Part shown: in pieces, positions 9,148 through 18,700 of the stretch
Position numbering within the stretch: the first letter of the stretch is position 1
Layout: every line of letters begins with the position of its first letter
Source: Eubacteriales bacterium
Lineage (GTDB): Bacteria > Bacillota > Clostridia > Oscillospirales > CAG-272
Length of the DNA: 64,000 nt
NCBI GenBank assembly: GCA_045658925.1
Contig: JAZOVV010000039.1
Coordinates: forward strand, 2,621-66,620
Direction: 5' to 3'
The notes under the pieces: generated by a model
Seen by the model: the letters and a program-made list of their open reading frames with translations, nothing else
The model's database searches: none
What the model was told of the DNA's origin: nothing
Made by a program: the position numbers and the translations under genes

Positions 9148-10050
9148 ATGAACGGAATTGAAAGAAGCGACCTCGCTTGTGAGATTGCAGAAAACGGGAA
9201 AATGCTTTGTCCGGGGGCGGAATGGAAAACGAGAGAGGTCGCGGGCTTCACCATTAGTGAACTGACGATTAGCACAAAAGAGGCTGCCGACAGTCTCGGA
9301 AAGCCTTGCGGACGCTATTTGACGGTTGAATGTGGACGCATTGACCGCTTAAGTATTGGAGACCGCAGAGCTCTTTCTCATCTTTTGGCAGGGGAGCTCC
9401 GCGGAACGGTAAAACGGCTGACGCACAAGGCAATCGACACCAATCTTTCGGTATTTGTTGCAGGTCTTGGGAACGCAGACCTGACACCCGATGCCATTGG
9501 ACCGCAAACGATGCGGCGACTAACGGCAACAAGGCACTTGCGGCAGCATGAGGGGGCGCTTTACCGAGCGGTTGGGTGCTCCTCTCTTTCCGCGCTTGCG
9601 CCCGGTGTGCTTGGGCAAACCGGAATTGAGACCTCGGAGCTCTTGCGCGGAGCAGTCAACGCCACGCATCCCGACGTGATTATCGTCATTGATGCGCTTA
9701 CCGCTCGCAGCTGCGATAGGCTCTGCGCAACTGTTCAACTGTCGGATACAGGCATTGAGCCCGGTTCGGGAGTCGGAAACCACCGCCGCGCCATTACCTA
9801 CAAAAGCATGGGAGTTCCCGTTGTCGCTCTTGGCGTTCCTACTGTTGTCAATTCCGCAACGCTTGTGTGGGATGCTTTGCAACAGGCGGGTATTGTGGGA
9901 GAAGACCCGCGACTGAAAGAGGTTTTGGAAAAAGGAAAAAGTTTTTTTGTCTCTCCAAAGGAGAGCGACTTGATTTGCGAATGTATCGCACAGCTTTTTG
10001 CACGCGCCATTGGACTTGCTTTTACCGAAGGGCTGTTAGATGCGGAATAA
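9148..10050 (+). CDS. gpr: GPR endopeptidase (spore germination protease, family A25)
   Basis: 300 aa. SDLACE near the N-terminus, and VFVAGLGNADLTPDAIGPQT plus IIVIDAL segments typical of Gpr. The conserved neighbour spoIIP lies downstream. Confidence 0.85.
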   Translation: MNGIERSDLACEIAENGKMLCPGAEWKTREVAGFTISELTISTKEAADSLGKPCGRYLTVECGRIDRLSIGDRRALSHLLAGELRGTVKRLTHKAIDTNLSVFVAGLGNADLTPDAIGPQTMRRLTATRHLRQHEGALYRAVGCSSLSALAPGVLGQTGIETSELLRGAVNATHPDVIIVIDALTARSCDRLCATVQLSDTGIEPGSGVGNHRRAITYKSMGVPVVALGVPTVVNSATLVWDALQQAGIVGEDPRLKEVLEKGKSFFVSPKESDLICECIAQLFARAIGLAFTEGLLDAE

Positions 10051-10102
10051 GCAAAGCTTTTGCGGCATACAATGGGATGATGATTACACAGGAGGAAACA
10101 CT

Positions 10103-11149
10103 ATGGAACGTCATCCCATTCCGTCGAATGCCCCCACAGCGGAGTCTCATATTTTTCTTTCCCCCAAGCCTTTTCGCAAGTCAAGACATTTTGGAGCTTT
10201 CCTCATCTGTTGCGCGCTTTTTGTCGCGGGCTTTGCTATCACGGGACTCTTACGCGATGCCGAAGGTTCTTTTTTTGATAAAGCCGAGGAGAGCACTCTG
10301 TCAAACGAGAATACCTTACCGCCCATCGCCATCCCAAACGAGCCGCCTCAAACAGAAGAGATTGTTATTCCCGCGGGAGCGACTCCTGTTGTAACCTATG
10401 ACCTTTCACATCTGGAACGGGGAATCGAATATCTCAATAACGAAACCTTTTACAATCCCAATATCAATGAGCTCCTCAAAACAGACGTAAGCGCGTTGCA
10501 CACCCAAGAGCCCTTGGTGCTCGTTTTGCACACCCACACGAGTGAGGGTTATCTTTCTCAAAACGCAACTTATCTTGAGGGCGACCTTGGCGAGATTACA
10601 TATACAAGGGAAGACTCACGCAATATGCTTGCGGTTGGCAAAGCGTTTATTGCGGGATTGAACAAAAAGGGCATCACCGCCATTCATTGTACGGTGATGC
10701 ACGATGAGTCGGGGCTCACAGGGGCATATGCGCGAGCGGCCGAGAGTATTCAATTCTTTCGGGAGCACTATCCAAGCATCCGTTATGTCGTAGACCTTCA
10801 CCGCGATGCCATTCTCACAGCCGAAGGAGAATACGTCCGCGCCGCCACTCAAATGGGTGAAGAAAGTGTCGCGCAGATTCTTCCCGTAGTGGGGAGCAAC
10901 GCGGGCGGCTGGGAGCACGAGAATTGGGAAGGGAACCTCGCCCTTGCTTTGCAGCTACGCCAAGCACTGAACCAAAACGACAAGGCTTTGTGCCGTCCCG
11001 TTATGCTCAAGAGTGCCACCTACAATCAAGAAATGGCCCCCTACGCAATCCTTTTGGAGATTGGTACAGGAGCCAATTCTATAAATGAAGCGATAGCGGC
11101 GGCAACCCTTGCGGGGGAGGCTTTCGCAAACGTAATCTCGTCTTATTGA
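10103..11149 (+). CDS. spoIIP: Stage II sporulation protein P
   Basis: Start taken at ATG 10103 after a GGAGG SD. N-terminal TM helix. SpoIIP signature LVLVLHTHTSEGY and a ...DLHRD... region. Confidence 0.85.
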   Translation: MERHPIPSNAPTAESHIFLSPKPFRKSRHFGAFLICCALFVAGFAITGLLRDAEGSFFDKAEESTLSNENTLPPIAIPNEPPQTEEIVIPAGATPVVTYDLSHLERGIEYLNNETFYNPNINELLKTDVSALHTQEPLVLVLHTHTSEGYLSQNATYLEGDLGEITYTREDSRNMLAVGKAFIAGLNKKGITAIHCTVMHDESGLTGAYARAAESIQFFREHYPSIRYVVDLHRDAILTAEGEYVRAATQMGEESVAQILPVVGSNAGGWEHENWEGNLALALQLRQALNQNDKALCRPVMLKSATYNQEMAPYAILLEIGTGANSINEAIAAATLAGEAFANVISSY

Positions 11150-11460
11150 CGGCGCAGACAAAGCACCTCAATGCCAAGCAGAGCAGCGCCTAAAACAAGA
11201 CCGAAACCAAGACCGATAGCACCGGTTTCCATAGCACCGATAATGCCAACAAAACCGACCAAGCACAGGCCAAATCCGACGGTGCGCGCAACAACACGAG
11301 TACGTGCAGCGGTCAAAAAAGCAAGTATCAGAGACAGAGCGGCGAGCATTGCATCAGCCGCTTTTCTCATTTTGGAAGGTCTTGCGCCTACGTTAAAGTA
11401 GTCTGCAAAAATATCATTATTGGAATAAACTTGTCCGTTGTTTTGATAAGAAATGTTCAT
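11143..11460 (-). CDS. Small Gly/Ala-rich membrane protein (unknown)
   Basis: Start taken at ATG 11460 (MNISYQNNGQ...) with a GAGAGG SD. Two to three TM helices. A consensus promoter lies upstream. The 3' end overlaps the spoIIP stop by 7 nt (convergent). Confidence 0.55.
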   Translation of the reverse strand: MNISYQNNGQVYSNNDIFADYFNVGARPSKMRKAADAMLAALSLILAFLTAARTRVVARTVGFGLCLVGFVGIIGAMETGAIGLGFGLVLGAALLGIEVLCLRRQ

Positions 11461-11502
11461 TTTATACCTCTCTAAATCCAAAAATGGAACTCTTGTGAGG
11501 CT

Positions 11503-11531
11503 ATTATAGCAGAAAATTTGGCATTTGTCAA
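11503..11531 (-). promoter_or_regulatory. sigmaA-type promoter of the small membrane protein gene
   Basis: Minus strand reads TTGACA-17 nt-TATAAT with a TGc extended -10. Confidence 0.65.
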
Positions 11532-11572
11532 TACCTTTTTTCCAAAAAAAGAAAAATTTTTTCAAAAAACTC

Positions 11573-11601
11573 TTTACAAAATGGAAAAGCTGTGGTATAA
11601 T
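11573..11601 (+). promoter_or_regulatory. sigmaA-type promoter of the XRE/S24 repressor-radC pair
   Basis: TTTACA-17 nt-TATAAT with a TGg extended -10. Divergent from the promoter at 11503-11531. Confidence 0.65.
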
Positions 11602-11630
11602 AATACCGTAAACGGAAAAAGGAGGCTGTT

Positions 11631-12446
11631 ATGGAGTCTTATCTTGATAGAATTAAATTGATGAAAAATGAAAAAAAGATGACCAATGAGCAACTCTCGG
11701 AGCGCACGGGAATTCCGCTTGGAACGCTAAGCAAGATTCTCGCGGGAATGAGTGATTCCCCAAAGCTTTCCAATATTATTGCCATCTGCAATGCGCTCGA
11801 TTGCTCGGTCGAATATATCGTCAGCGGCACCCCAGAGAACACAAACAATTACAGTTTGAGTGGGGAAGAAATCCGTATGATTGAATCCTGGCGCGAGCTC
11901 GATTCCTTTGGTCGCGACCTTGTTGAGACCGTTATATTTAAGGAAGCACAACGCGCCGCCGCAACGGCATCTCTATCCCCCGCAAGTGCACCCGAAAAGG
12001 GTGAACGCACCGCCGCTCGCATCCTGCCCACTATGCGTCCGCAGGGTCGCTATGCAGGCGAGGTCGTTCGCACGGGCAAGCGTGCCATTCTGCTTTATGA
12101 GCTGCCCGTTTCCGCTGGTGTCGGCGTCTATCTTGATGAGGCAGAGGCAGAGAGCATCAATATTCCCGATAACGAAAAAACCGCCGAGGCAGACTACGCT
12201 CTGCGCATCAGCGGCAACAGTATGGAGCCCAAGTATCGCGATGGCGATATTCTTCTTGTTCGCAATGCCGATAGTATTGACGTAGGCGAGCTTGGCATCT
12301 TCCTTTTGGACGGTTGCGCCTTCTTCAAGGTCTTTGGTGGAGACCGTTTGCTTTCTCTCAACCCGAGCTACGGCCCCATACTGCTCAAGGATTTTGCCGA
12401 CATACAGTGCAAGGGTCAGGTTGTTGGCAAGCTGAAGCGTAAATAA
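11631..12446 (+). CDS. cI/LexA-like autocleavable repressor (XRE-family HTH + peptidase S24)
   Basis: HTH segment: MTNEQLSERTGIPLGTLSKILAG. Candidate Ala-Gly cleavage site in LPVSAGVGVY. Catalytic Ser in ISGNSMEP and Lys in AFFKVF. Confidence 0.85.
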   Translation: MESYLDRIKLMKNEKKMTNEQLSERTGIPLGTLSKILAGMSDSPKLSNIIAICNALDCSVEYIVSGTPENTNNYSLSGEEIRMIESWRELDSFGRDLVETVIFKEAQRAAATASLSPASAPEKGERTAARILPTMRPQGRYAGEVVRTGKRAILLYELPVSAGVGVYLDEAEAESINIPDNEKTAEADYALRISGNSMEPKYRDGDILLVRNADSIDVGELGIFLLDGCAFFKVFGGDRLLSLNPSYGPILLKDFADIQCKGQVVGKLKRK

Positions 12447-12465
12447 ATTTAAGGTAGGGCAGAGT

Positions 12466-13284
12466 ATGCACGAAAAGCATAGACAAAGAATGATGGAAAG
12501 ATGCCAAAAGACAGGATTTGATTCTTTCGCCGACCACGAGATTTTAGAAATGCTGCTCTACTACTCCAAACCGAGGTGCGATACCAACGAAACCGCCCAT
12601 GCTTTATTGGAGCGTTTCGGTCGTATTGACGGCGTGTTTGAAGCAACTCCGGATGAGCTGATGATGATTGACGGCATCGGGCAGCACAGTGCCGTGCTGA
12701 TGCACCTGATTCGTGAGTCTGCCCGTCGCTATACAAAAGCGGTAATGCAAAACCGCAAACGCTTTATGCACATTCGCGAGGTAGCAGAATTTGCAAATGC
12801 CTGTTTTGTAGGCTCCACTACCGAACAGTTGTATCTTTTCCTGTTCAATAACGGAATGGAAATGATTGATTCCATTCTTCTCACAACCGGTGCCATTAAC
12901 AGTGCCGAAATTCCTTCGCGCCTAATGCTGGAAAAAGCGATTCTCAAAAGGGCATCGTGTGCGGTTCTTGCACATAATCATCCGCACGGAATCGCCGTTC
13001 CGTCCGATAGTGACATTCAGCTCACATATCACGCGGCAGAGGTTTTGGGAATGATTAACATTCCGCTTCTCGAGCATTTGGTATTTGCCGAGAACCGCTA
13101 TGCTTGTATTATGAAGTCGCATTACCGACTGCAAGCCAACGCGGCTATTCCGGGATTTTCCAAGCGAGTTTCTTTCCTTGTTAACCTTGAAGACTTTTTA
13201 AAAATTGAGGATGATGAATGTGTCATTCCCAATCCGTTTGAAATTAACGAGGCAAAGAAACAAGCAAAAAATCAAGAAAAATAA
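12466..13284 (+). CDS. radC: RadC-like JAB/MPN-domain protein
   Basis: N-terminal HhH-like region (ATPDELMMIDGIGQHSA). JAMM motif LAHNHPHGIAVPSDSD. About 40 extra C-terminal residues compared with typical RadC. Confidence 0.85.
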   Translation: MHEKHRQRMMERCQKTGFDSFADHEILEMLLYYSKPRCDTNETAHALLERFGRIDGVFEATPDELMMIDGIGQHSAVLMHLIRESARRYTKAVMQNRKRFMHIREVAEFANACFVGSTTEQLYLFLFNNGMEMIDSILLTTGAINSAEIPSRLMLEKAILKRASCAVLAHNHPHGIAVPSDSDIQLTYHAAEVLGMINIPLLEHLVFAENRYACIMKSHYRLQANAAIPGFSKRVSFLVNLEDFLKIEDDECVIPNPFEINEAKKQAKNQEK

Positions 13285-13285
13285 C

Positions 13286-13323
13286 AAAAAACAGCCAAAA
13301 ACTTTAATTTTTGGCTGTTTTTC
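13286..13323. terminator. Bidirectional terminator between radC and eno
   Basis: acagccaaaaa-N6-tttttggctgt hairpin, flanked by an A-run and a T-run. Confidence 0.8.
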
Positions 13324-13336
13324 TATTCAATAACGA

Positions 13337-14818
<1,482 letters not shown>

Positions 14819-15103
14819 TCACAAAAGCTCTGCGGTGTGCACAAGGGGGAACCCGATAAGCGATTGCCCATCGGCATCATATATTATACAACATTTTGTG
14901 CCGTTTGTAAAGTATCAATAATGACGAAAAATTGGCAAAATTTTCGTGAAAACGCATATAGCATAGAATTTATGGCTAAAATAATACCCTCTTTTTGTAC
15001 ATAAAATAGATAGACATTTATGTCGTACATCCAAAGTGCGACAAAATTCAACAAAGAAAAAAGAGGTTTGGTGTCGAATAGAAAAGAAAAAAGACGAGAG
15101 GAC

Positions 15104-15132
15104 TTTACAAAAAGAGCATTTTGTGTTATAAT
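15104..15132 (+). promoter_or_regulatory. sigmaA-type promoter of the MFS transporter operon
   Basis: TTTACA-17 nt-TATAAT with a TGt extended -10, 32 nt upstream of ATG 15164. Confidence 0.6.
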
Positions 15133-15163
15133 CTGCATAGCAACGTTGTATAAGGAAAGCACT

Positions 15164-16360
15164 ATGAAATTAAGTTATCGATCTACTATTTTGGCTTGCT
15201 ATAACGGCTACATCACGCAGGCCATTTGCATCAATTTAGCCCCACTTTTGTACCTGACGTTTCAGCGTGAGTTCTTTCTAACAGTCACGCAGGTCGGGCT
15301 TCTCATCGCCGTCAATTTTGCTACGCAAATTATAGTCGACGTACTCGCGTCACACTATGCCAACCGCATCAACTTGAGAGTGTTGGCAGTTTTGGCTCAT
15401 GTTTTTGCCGCAGGCGGACTTGTCGGTCTTGCCGTTTTCCCAAAATTGATGCCGCCTCTTTGGGGATTGCTTTTGGCAGAAATAACTCTCGGCATCGGCG
15501 GAGGATTTACCGAGGTCATTATCAGCCCCTTGATGGAAGCTTGCCCGACAGAGGAAAAATCGGGGAATATGTGCCTTTTGCACTCCTTTTACTGTTGGGG
15601 GCAGGCAGGCGTCGTGCTCCTTTCGGGCATTTATTTCTTCTGCTTTGATATTTCTACTTCTTGGTACTATCTCCCAATCATTTGGGCAATTATTCCCCTA
15701 ATTGGCGCGGTTTCGTTCAGTTTTGTTCCTATTTATAGTCTTCCAACTCCCGAAGGGGAGAAGTCCGCGGTCGGTCGACTTTTTCGCACACCGCTTTTTC
15801 TCGTTTTCTTTTTGATGATGTTTTGTGCGGGCGCGTGCGAGATGATTATGAGCCAATGGGCATCAGCCTTTGTGGAATCCGCCCTCGGTATTGACAAAAC
15901 GCTTGGAGATTTGCTCGGCCCTTGTATGTTCGCCGTAATGATGGGCATCGCGCGTGTCCTCTACGGTAAGTTTTCGGGTCGCGTTGACCTGACAAAATGG
16001 ATGATGTGGGGATGCGCGGGATGCGCAGTTGCCTACCTTTTGGTAGCGTTTGCGCCGCACCCAATACTCGCACTCCTCGGTTGCGCACTCTGCGGCTTTA
16101 GCGTAGGCGTCTTTTGGCCCGGAACGCTCAGCCACGCGGCGGCGAACATTCCGCTTGGCGGTGTTTCGATGTTTGCCATTCTTGCGGTTGCAGGGGATAT
16201 CGGATGCCTCTTGGGGCCATACCTCTCTGGTGTGGTTGCCGATGCTTTTGGGCAAGATTTGCGCGCGGCATTCGTCTTTGCAACCGTCTTTCCGCTCATT
16301 TGTTTGACGGTTCTTTGGTTGCAAAAAAAGAAGAAAAATAAGGGGGAAACAACACAATGA
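15164..16360 (+). CDS. MFS transporter
   Basis: Start at ATG 15164 (MKLSYRSTILA...). About 12 predicted TM helices with the typical MFS 6+6 layout. Confidence 0.8.
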   Translation: MKLSYRSTILACYNGYITQAICINLAPLLYLTFQREFFLTVTQVGLLIAVNFATQIIVDVLASHYANRINLRVLAVLAHVFAAGGLVGLAVFPKLMPPLWGLLLAEITLGIGGGFTEVIISPLMEACPTEEKSGNMCLLHSFYCWGQAGVVLLSGIYFFCFDISTSWYYLPIIWAIIPLIGAVSFSFVPIYSLPTPEGEKSAVGRLFRTPLFLVFFLMMFCAGACEMIMSQWASAFVESALGIDKTLGDLLGPCMFAVMMGIARVLYGKFSGRVDLTKWMMWGCAGCAVAYLLVAFAPHPILALLGCALCGFSVGVFWPGTLSHAAANIPLGGVSMFAILAVAGDIGCLLGPYLSGVVADAFGQDLRAAFVFATVFPLICLTVLWLQKKKKNKGETTQ

Positions 16361-17001
16361 CCACCGTTATTTTTGTTCGCCACGGGCAGAGCACAGCGAA
16401 CTTGGAGCGCGTGTTTGCAGGGCACACCGATGCTCCCCTGACCGAACTTGGACATAAACAAGCTGAAAACACGGCAAAATTCTTGAAAAACTATCCCATC
16501 AGAGCTATTTATTCCAGCGACCTTGCGCGCTCGATGCAAACGGCAGAGCCGACGGGGAAGATGCAGGGGCTTCCCATCATTCCCGACCGCGAGCTCCGCG
16601 AGATATATGCAGGAGAATGGGAAGGTCGCTCCTATGACGAGCTGATGGAAAAATACGCCGAGAGCTACACCACTTGGCGCACCGATTGCGGACGTGCACA
16701 CCCCGAGGGTGGCGAGAGCACATTGGAGCTCGGCGCGCGCATTTATCGTGAGGTTGACCGTTTGATTGAGAAACACCGCGGCGAATGCTTTGCAATTTTC
16801 ACACACGCTACGCCCATCCGCCTCATGCGCGCAAAATGGGAGGGCTATCCTCCTGAGGAACTGAAAAACGTAGAATTCTGCGCCAATGCCTCTGTTTCAA
16901 TCGTAGAATACGATGACGACGGAAACACAAACGTCCTCTTGTGCGGATACGACGAGCACCAAGGTGATATTGCTACAAGATTTGCGAAGGGAAGTATATA
17001 A
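16357..17001 (+). CDS. Histidine phosphatase family protein (phosphoglycerate mutase-like)
   Basis: N-terminal RHG motif (VIFVRHGQSTAN). ATGA overlap with the MFS gene stop. Confidence 0.85.
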   Translation: MTTVIFVRHGQSTANLERVFAGHTDAPLTELGHKQAENTAKFLKNYPIRAIYSSDLARSMQTAEPTGKMQGLPIIPDRELREIYAGEWEGRSYDELMEKYAESYTTWRTDCGRAHPEGGESTLELGARIYREVDRLIEKHRGECFAIFTHATPIRLMRAKWEGYPPEELKNVEFCANASVSIVEYDDDGNTNVLLCGYDEHQGDIATRFAKGSI

Positions 17002-17006
17002 ACAAC

Positions 17007-17041
17007 AAAAGGAACACAAACAAATAGTTTGTGTTCCTTTT
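17007..17041. terminator. Bidirectional terminator
   Basis: aaaaggaacacaaac-N5-gtttgtgttcctttt perfect 15-bp inverted repeat between convergent genes. Confidence 0.8.
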
Positions 17042-17061
17042 TGAATGCAAGGTTTAACAAT

Positions 17062-17961
17062 TTATTTTTCAAACACGAGTATACTTCCTAATCTTTCGTC
17101 CGACATTTTTTTGAAAAACTTGAATCCGCAATGAGTGAGTAATTCCTCTACACTTTCAGCAGATGCGAACATTCTAATTTGTTTCAACCAAAATATCATT
17201 TCTTCCTCGGAAAAGCCATATTCATCAAATCTTGCGTAGGACTGTATTTTATTAGTGTTCAAACAACGTAAGATGATTTTACCACCGGGTTTTAATACTC
17301 TGTATGCTTCTTTTATAATCGTCGGAATTTCTCGGCATTCCTCCAATCCAGCATTGGAACAGACGGATGTGAACATACAATCATCAAAAGGCAATTTCCA
17401 AAGAGATGTCGCAATACCCAAACCGTTTATATCATAATATTTAGCAAGGGCATCGGCATTTTTTGCACAAACGAAATCAATGTCAACCCCCATATAGTAG
17501 TCTTGATCTGACATTTTCTTCATTACGGCATTCGTTCCACCACCCGCACCTACGGTGAGCTCAAGAATATGATTGTTCTGTAGATGTAGGATGTTATCGG
17601 CATAGAAATCCCAAAACGAAGGATTGTTCTCTCGCCATTTAGATGCTCGAACAGCTTTTTCCTCTCCATTACTGACTTTTGAACTTACCGAAATTGCCTT
17701 CATCATTGCTTCAGCATCAATATCATCACTGAGTTTATTTCTTCCGGAAATCCAAATAGGTTGTCCAATGTCGGCATAAGTTTCTAAGCGGTGGATAAAT
17801 TCTGCCTTGCTTGGAATAATTGTGCGAAAGAATTTTTTTGCATTTTTTTGATAATTCTCGTAATCATGAGGATAGAACTGACGGCTGTTTTCTTTAGTGA
17901 ATTGTTTTAGTGTTTCTATATCTTCCCAAAACAAAACTTCGTCTAATGCATTCAAAATCAT
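17062..17961 (-). CDS. Class I SAM-dependent methyltransferase with an unassigned ~130-aa N-terminal domain
   Basis: Start at ATG 17961 with a GGAG SD. Motif I is ILELTVGAGGG, followed by GVDID and VLKPGGKIIL. G+C is markedly lower than in the flanks. Confidence 0.8.
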   Translation of the reverse strand: MILNALDEVLFWEDIETLKQFTKENSRQFYPHDYENYQKNAKKFFRTIIPSKAEFIHRLETYADIGQPIWISGRNKLSDDIDAEAMMKAISVSSKVSNGEEKAVRASKWRENNPSFWDFYADNILHLQNNHILELTVGAGGGTNAVMKKMSDQDYYMGVDIDFVCAKNADALAKYYDINGLGIATSLWKLPFDDCMFTSVCSNAGLEECREIPTIIKEAYRVLKPGGKIILRCLNTNKIQSYARFDEYGFSEEEMIFWLKQIRMFASAESVEELLTHCGFKFFKKMSDERLGSILVFEK

Positions 17962-17992
17962 ATTAACAACGCTCCTTTTTGCAATTTTATAA

Positions 17993-18021
17993 ATTATAGC
18001 ATATAAAATTTGCAAATACAA
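17993..18021 (-). promoter_or_regulatory. sigmaA-type promoter of the methyltransferase gene
   Basis: Minus strand reads TTGTAT-17 nt-TATAAT with a TGc extended -10. Confidence 0.55.
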
Positions 18022-18024
18022 GAC

Positions 18025-18053
18025 TTGACTTTTTCGTGAATTTGTGGTATAAT
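18025..18053 (+). promoter_or_regulatory. Orphan near-consensus sigmaA-type promoter
   Basis: TTGACT-17 nt-TATAAT with a TGg extended -10. No + strand gene lies downstream, only the hairpin at 18062-18108. Confidence 0.5.
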
Positions 18054-18061
18054 ATATATGT

Positions 18062-18108
18062 AAAAAGCACCGCGAAAGTGTCTATGTGTCACTCTCACGG
18101 TGCTTTTT
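18062..18108. terminator. Hairpin terminator: 3' end of the SleC-type operon and/or of a ~50-nt transcript from the orphan promoter
   Basis: aaaaagcaccg-N25-cggtgcttttt. T-runs are available in both orientations. Confidence 0.7.
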
Positions 18109-18158
18109 CTATCTATATACAATTTTATTGTTTTGGATATATCAGTGATGTCCCTTTG

Positions 18159-18683
18159 TTATATGTTCTCAACCCCCAACCGATTAAACCGATCGACCAA
18201 GGTGTTCCAAGTAACAAGGTCAACCGTCTCGCCTTCGGGGAGTCCATTCTGCGCTCTGAATAACCGCACCGCGCGCGCCGTTTTGGCATCAAATATGCCA
18301 CTGATCTCTACTTCTTCAAGCTCAATCAGACTCTCTCCAAGCTCGCGGAGCATATACTGCAAAACGTTGATAGTGAAACCTGTGTCTCCTTCGGATAGGA
18401 AGATTTCCCCTGCTACAAAGGGGAGAATTGCCACCGTCCGCGGCGGTTCGTTTTCGGCAACCGAGGCGCGGTAGAGCGCGTAAAGCTCTTCCCACGTTCG
18501 GCGGTCAGCGCGCCCCGTTACGGGGAGACCGCGCATCGCTTGGAATTCCCGCAAGGCTCTCTCGGTGTCGCGCTCAAAAACGCCGTCAATCGGTGGCGGT
18601 GTAATATCATAATGGTAAGAAAGCTGCCGCAAATAGCGCTGTAAATTTTCTATCGCTTGTGCTTCATTTTCATATTTTGGCAT
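18159..18683 (-). CDS. Protein made of two PG_binding_1 (peptidoglycan-binding) repeats
   Basis: 174 aa with two repeats of the type ...DGVFERDTERALREFQAMRGLPVTGRADRRTWEELY... Lies 17 nt downstream of the SleC-like gene. Confidence 0.8.
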   Translation of the reverse strand: MPKYENEAQAIENLQRYLRQLSYHYDITPPPIDGVFERDTERALREFQAMRGLPVTGRADRRTWEELYALYRASVAENEPPRTVAILPFVAGEIFLSEGDTGFTINVLQYMLRELGESLIELEEVEISGIFDAKTARAVRLFRAQNGLPEGETVDLVTWNTLVDRFNRLGVENI

Positions 18684-18700
18684 AACCGAACCTCACTTTC

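Noticed and set aside
16033-16806. 257-aa minus-strand ORF spanning the MFS / histidine-phosphatase junction
   Set aside because: It is antisense to two genes with clear family motifs, has no SD, and has an Arg/Ala/Cys-rich composition typical of shadow frames.
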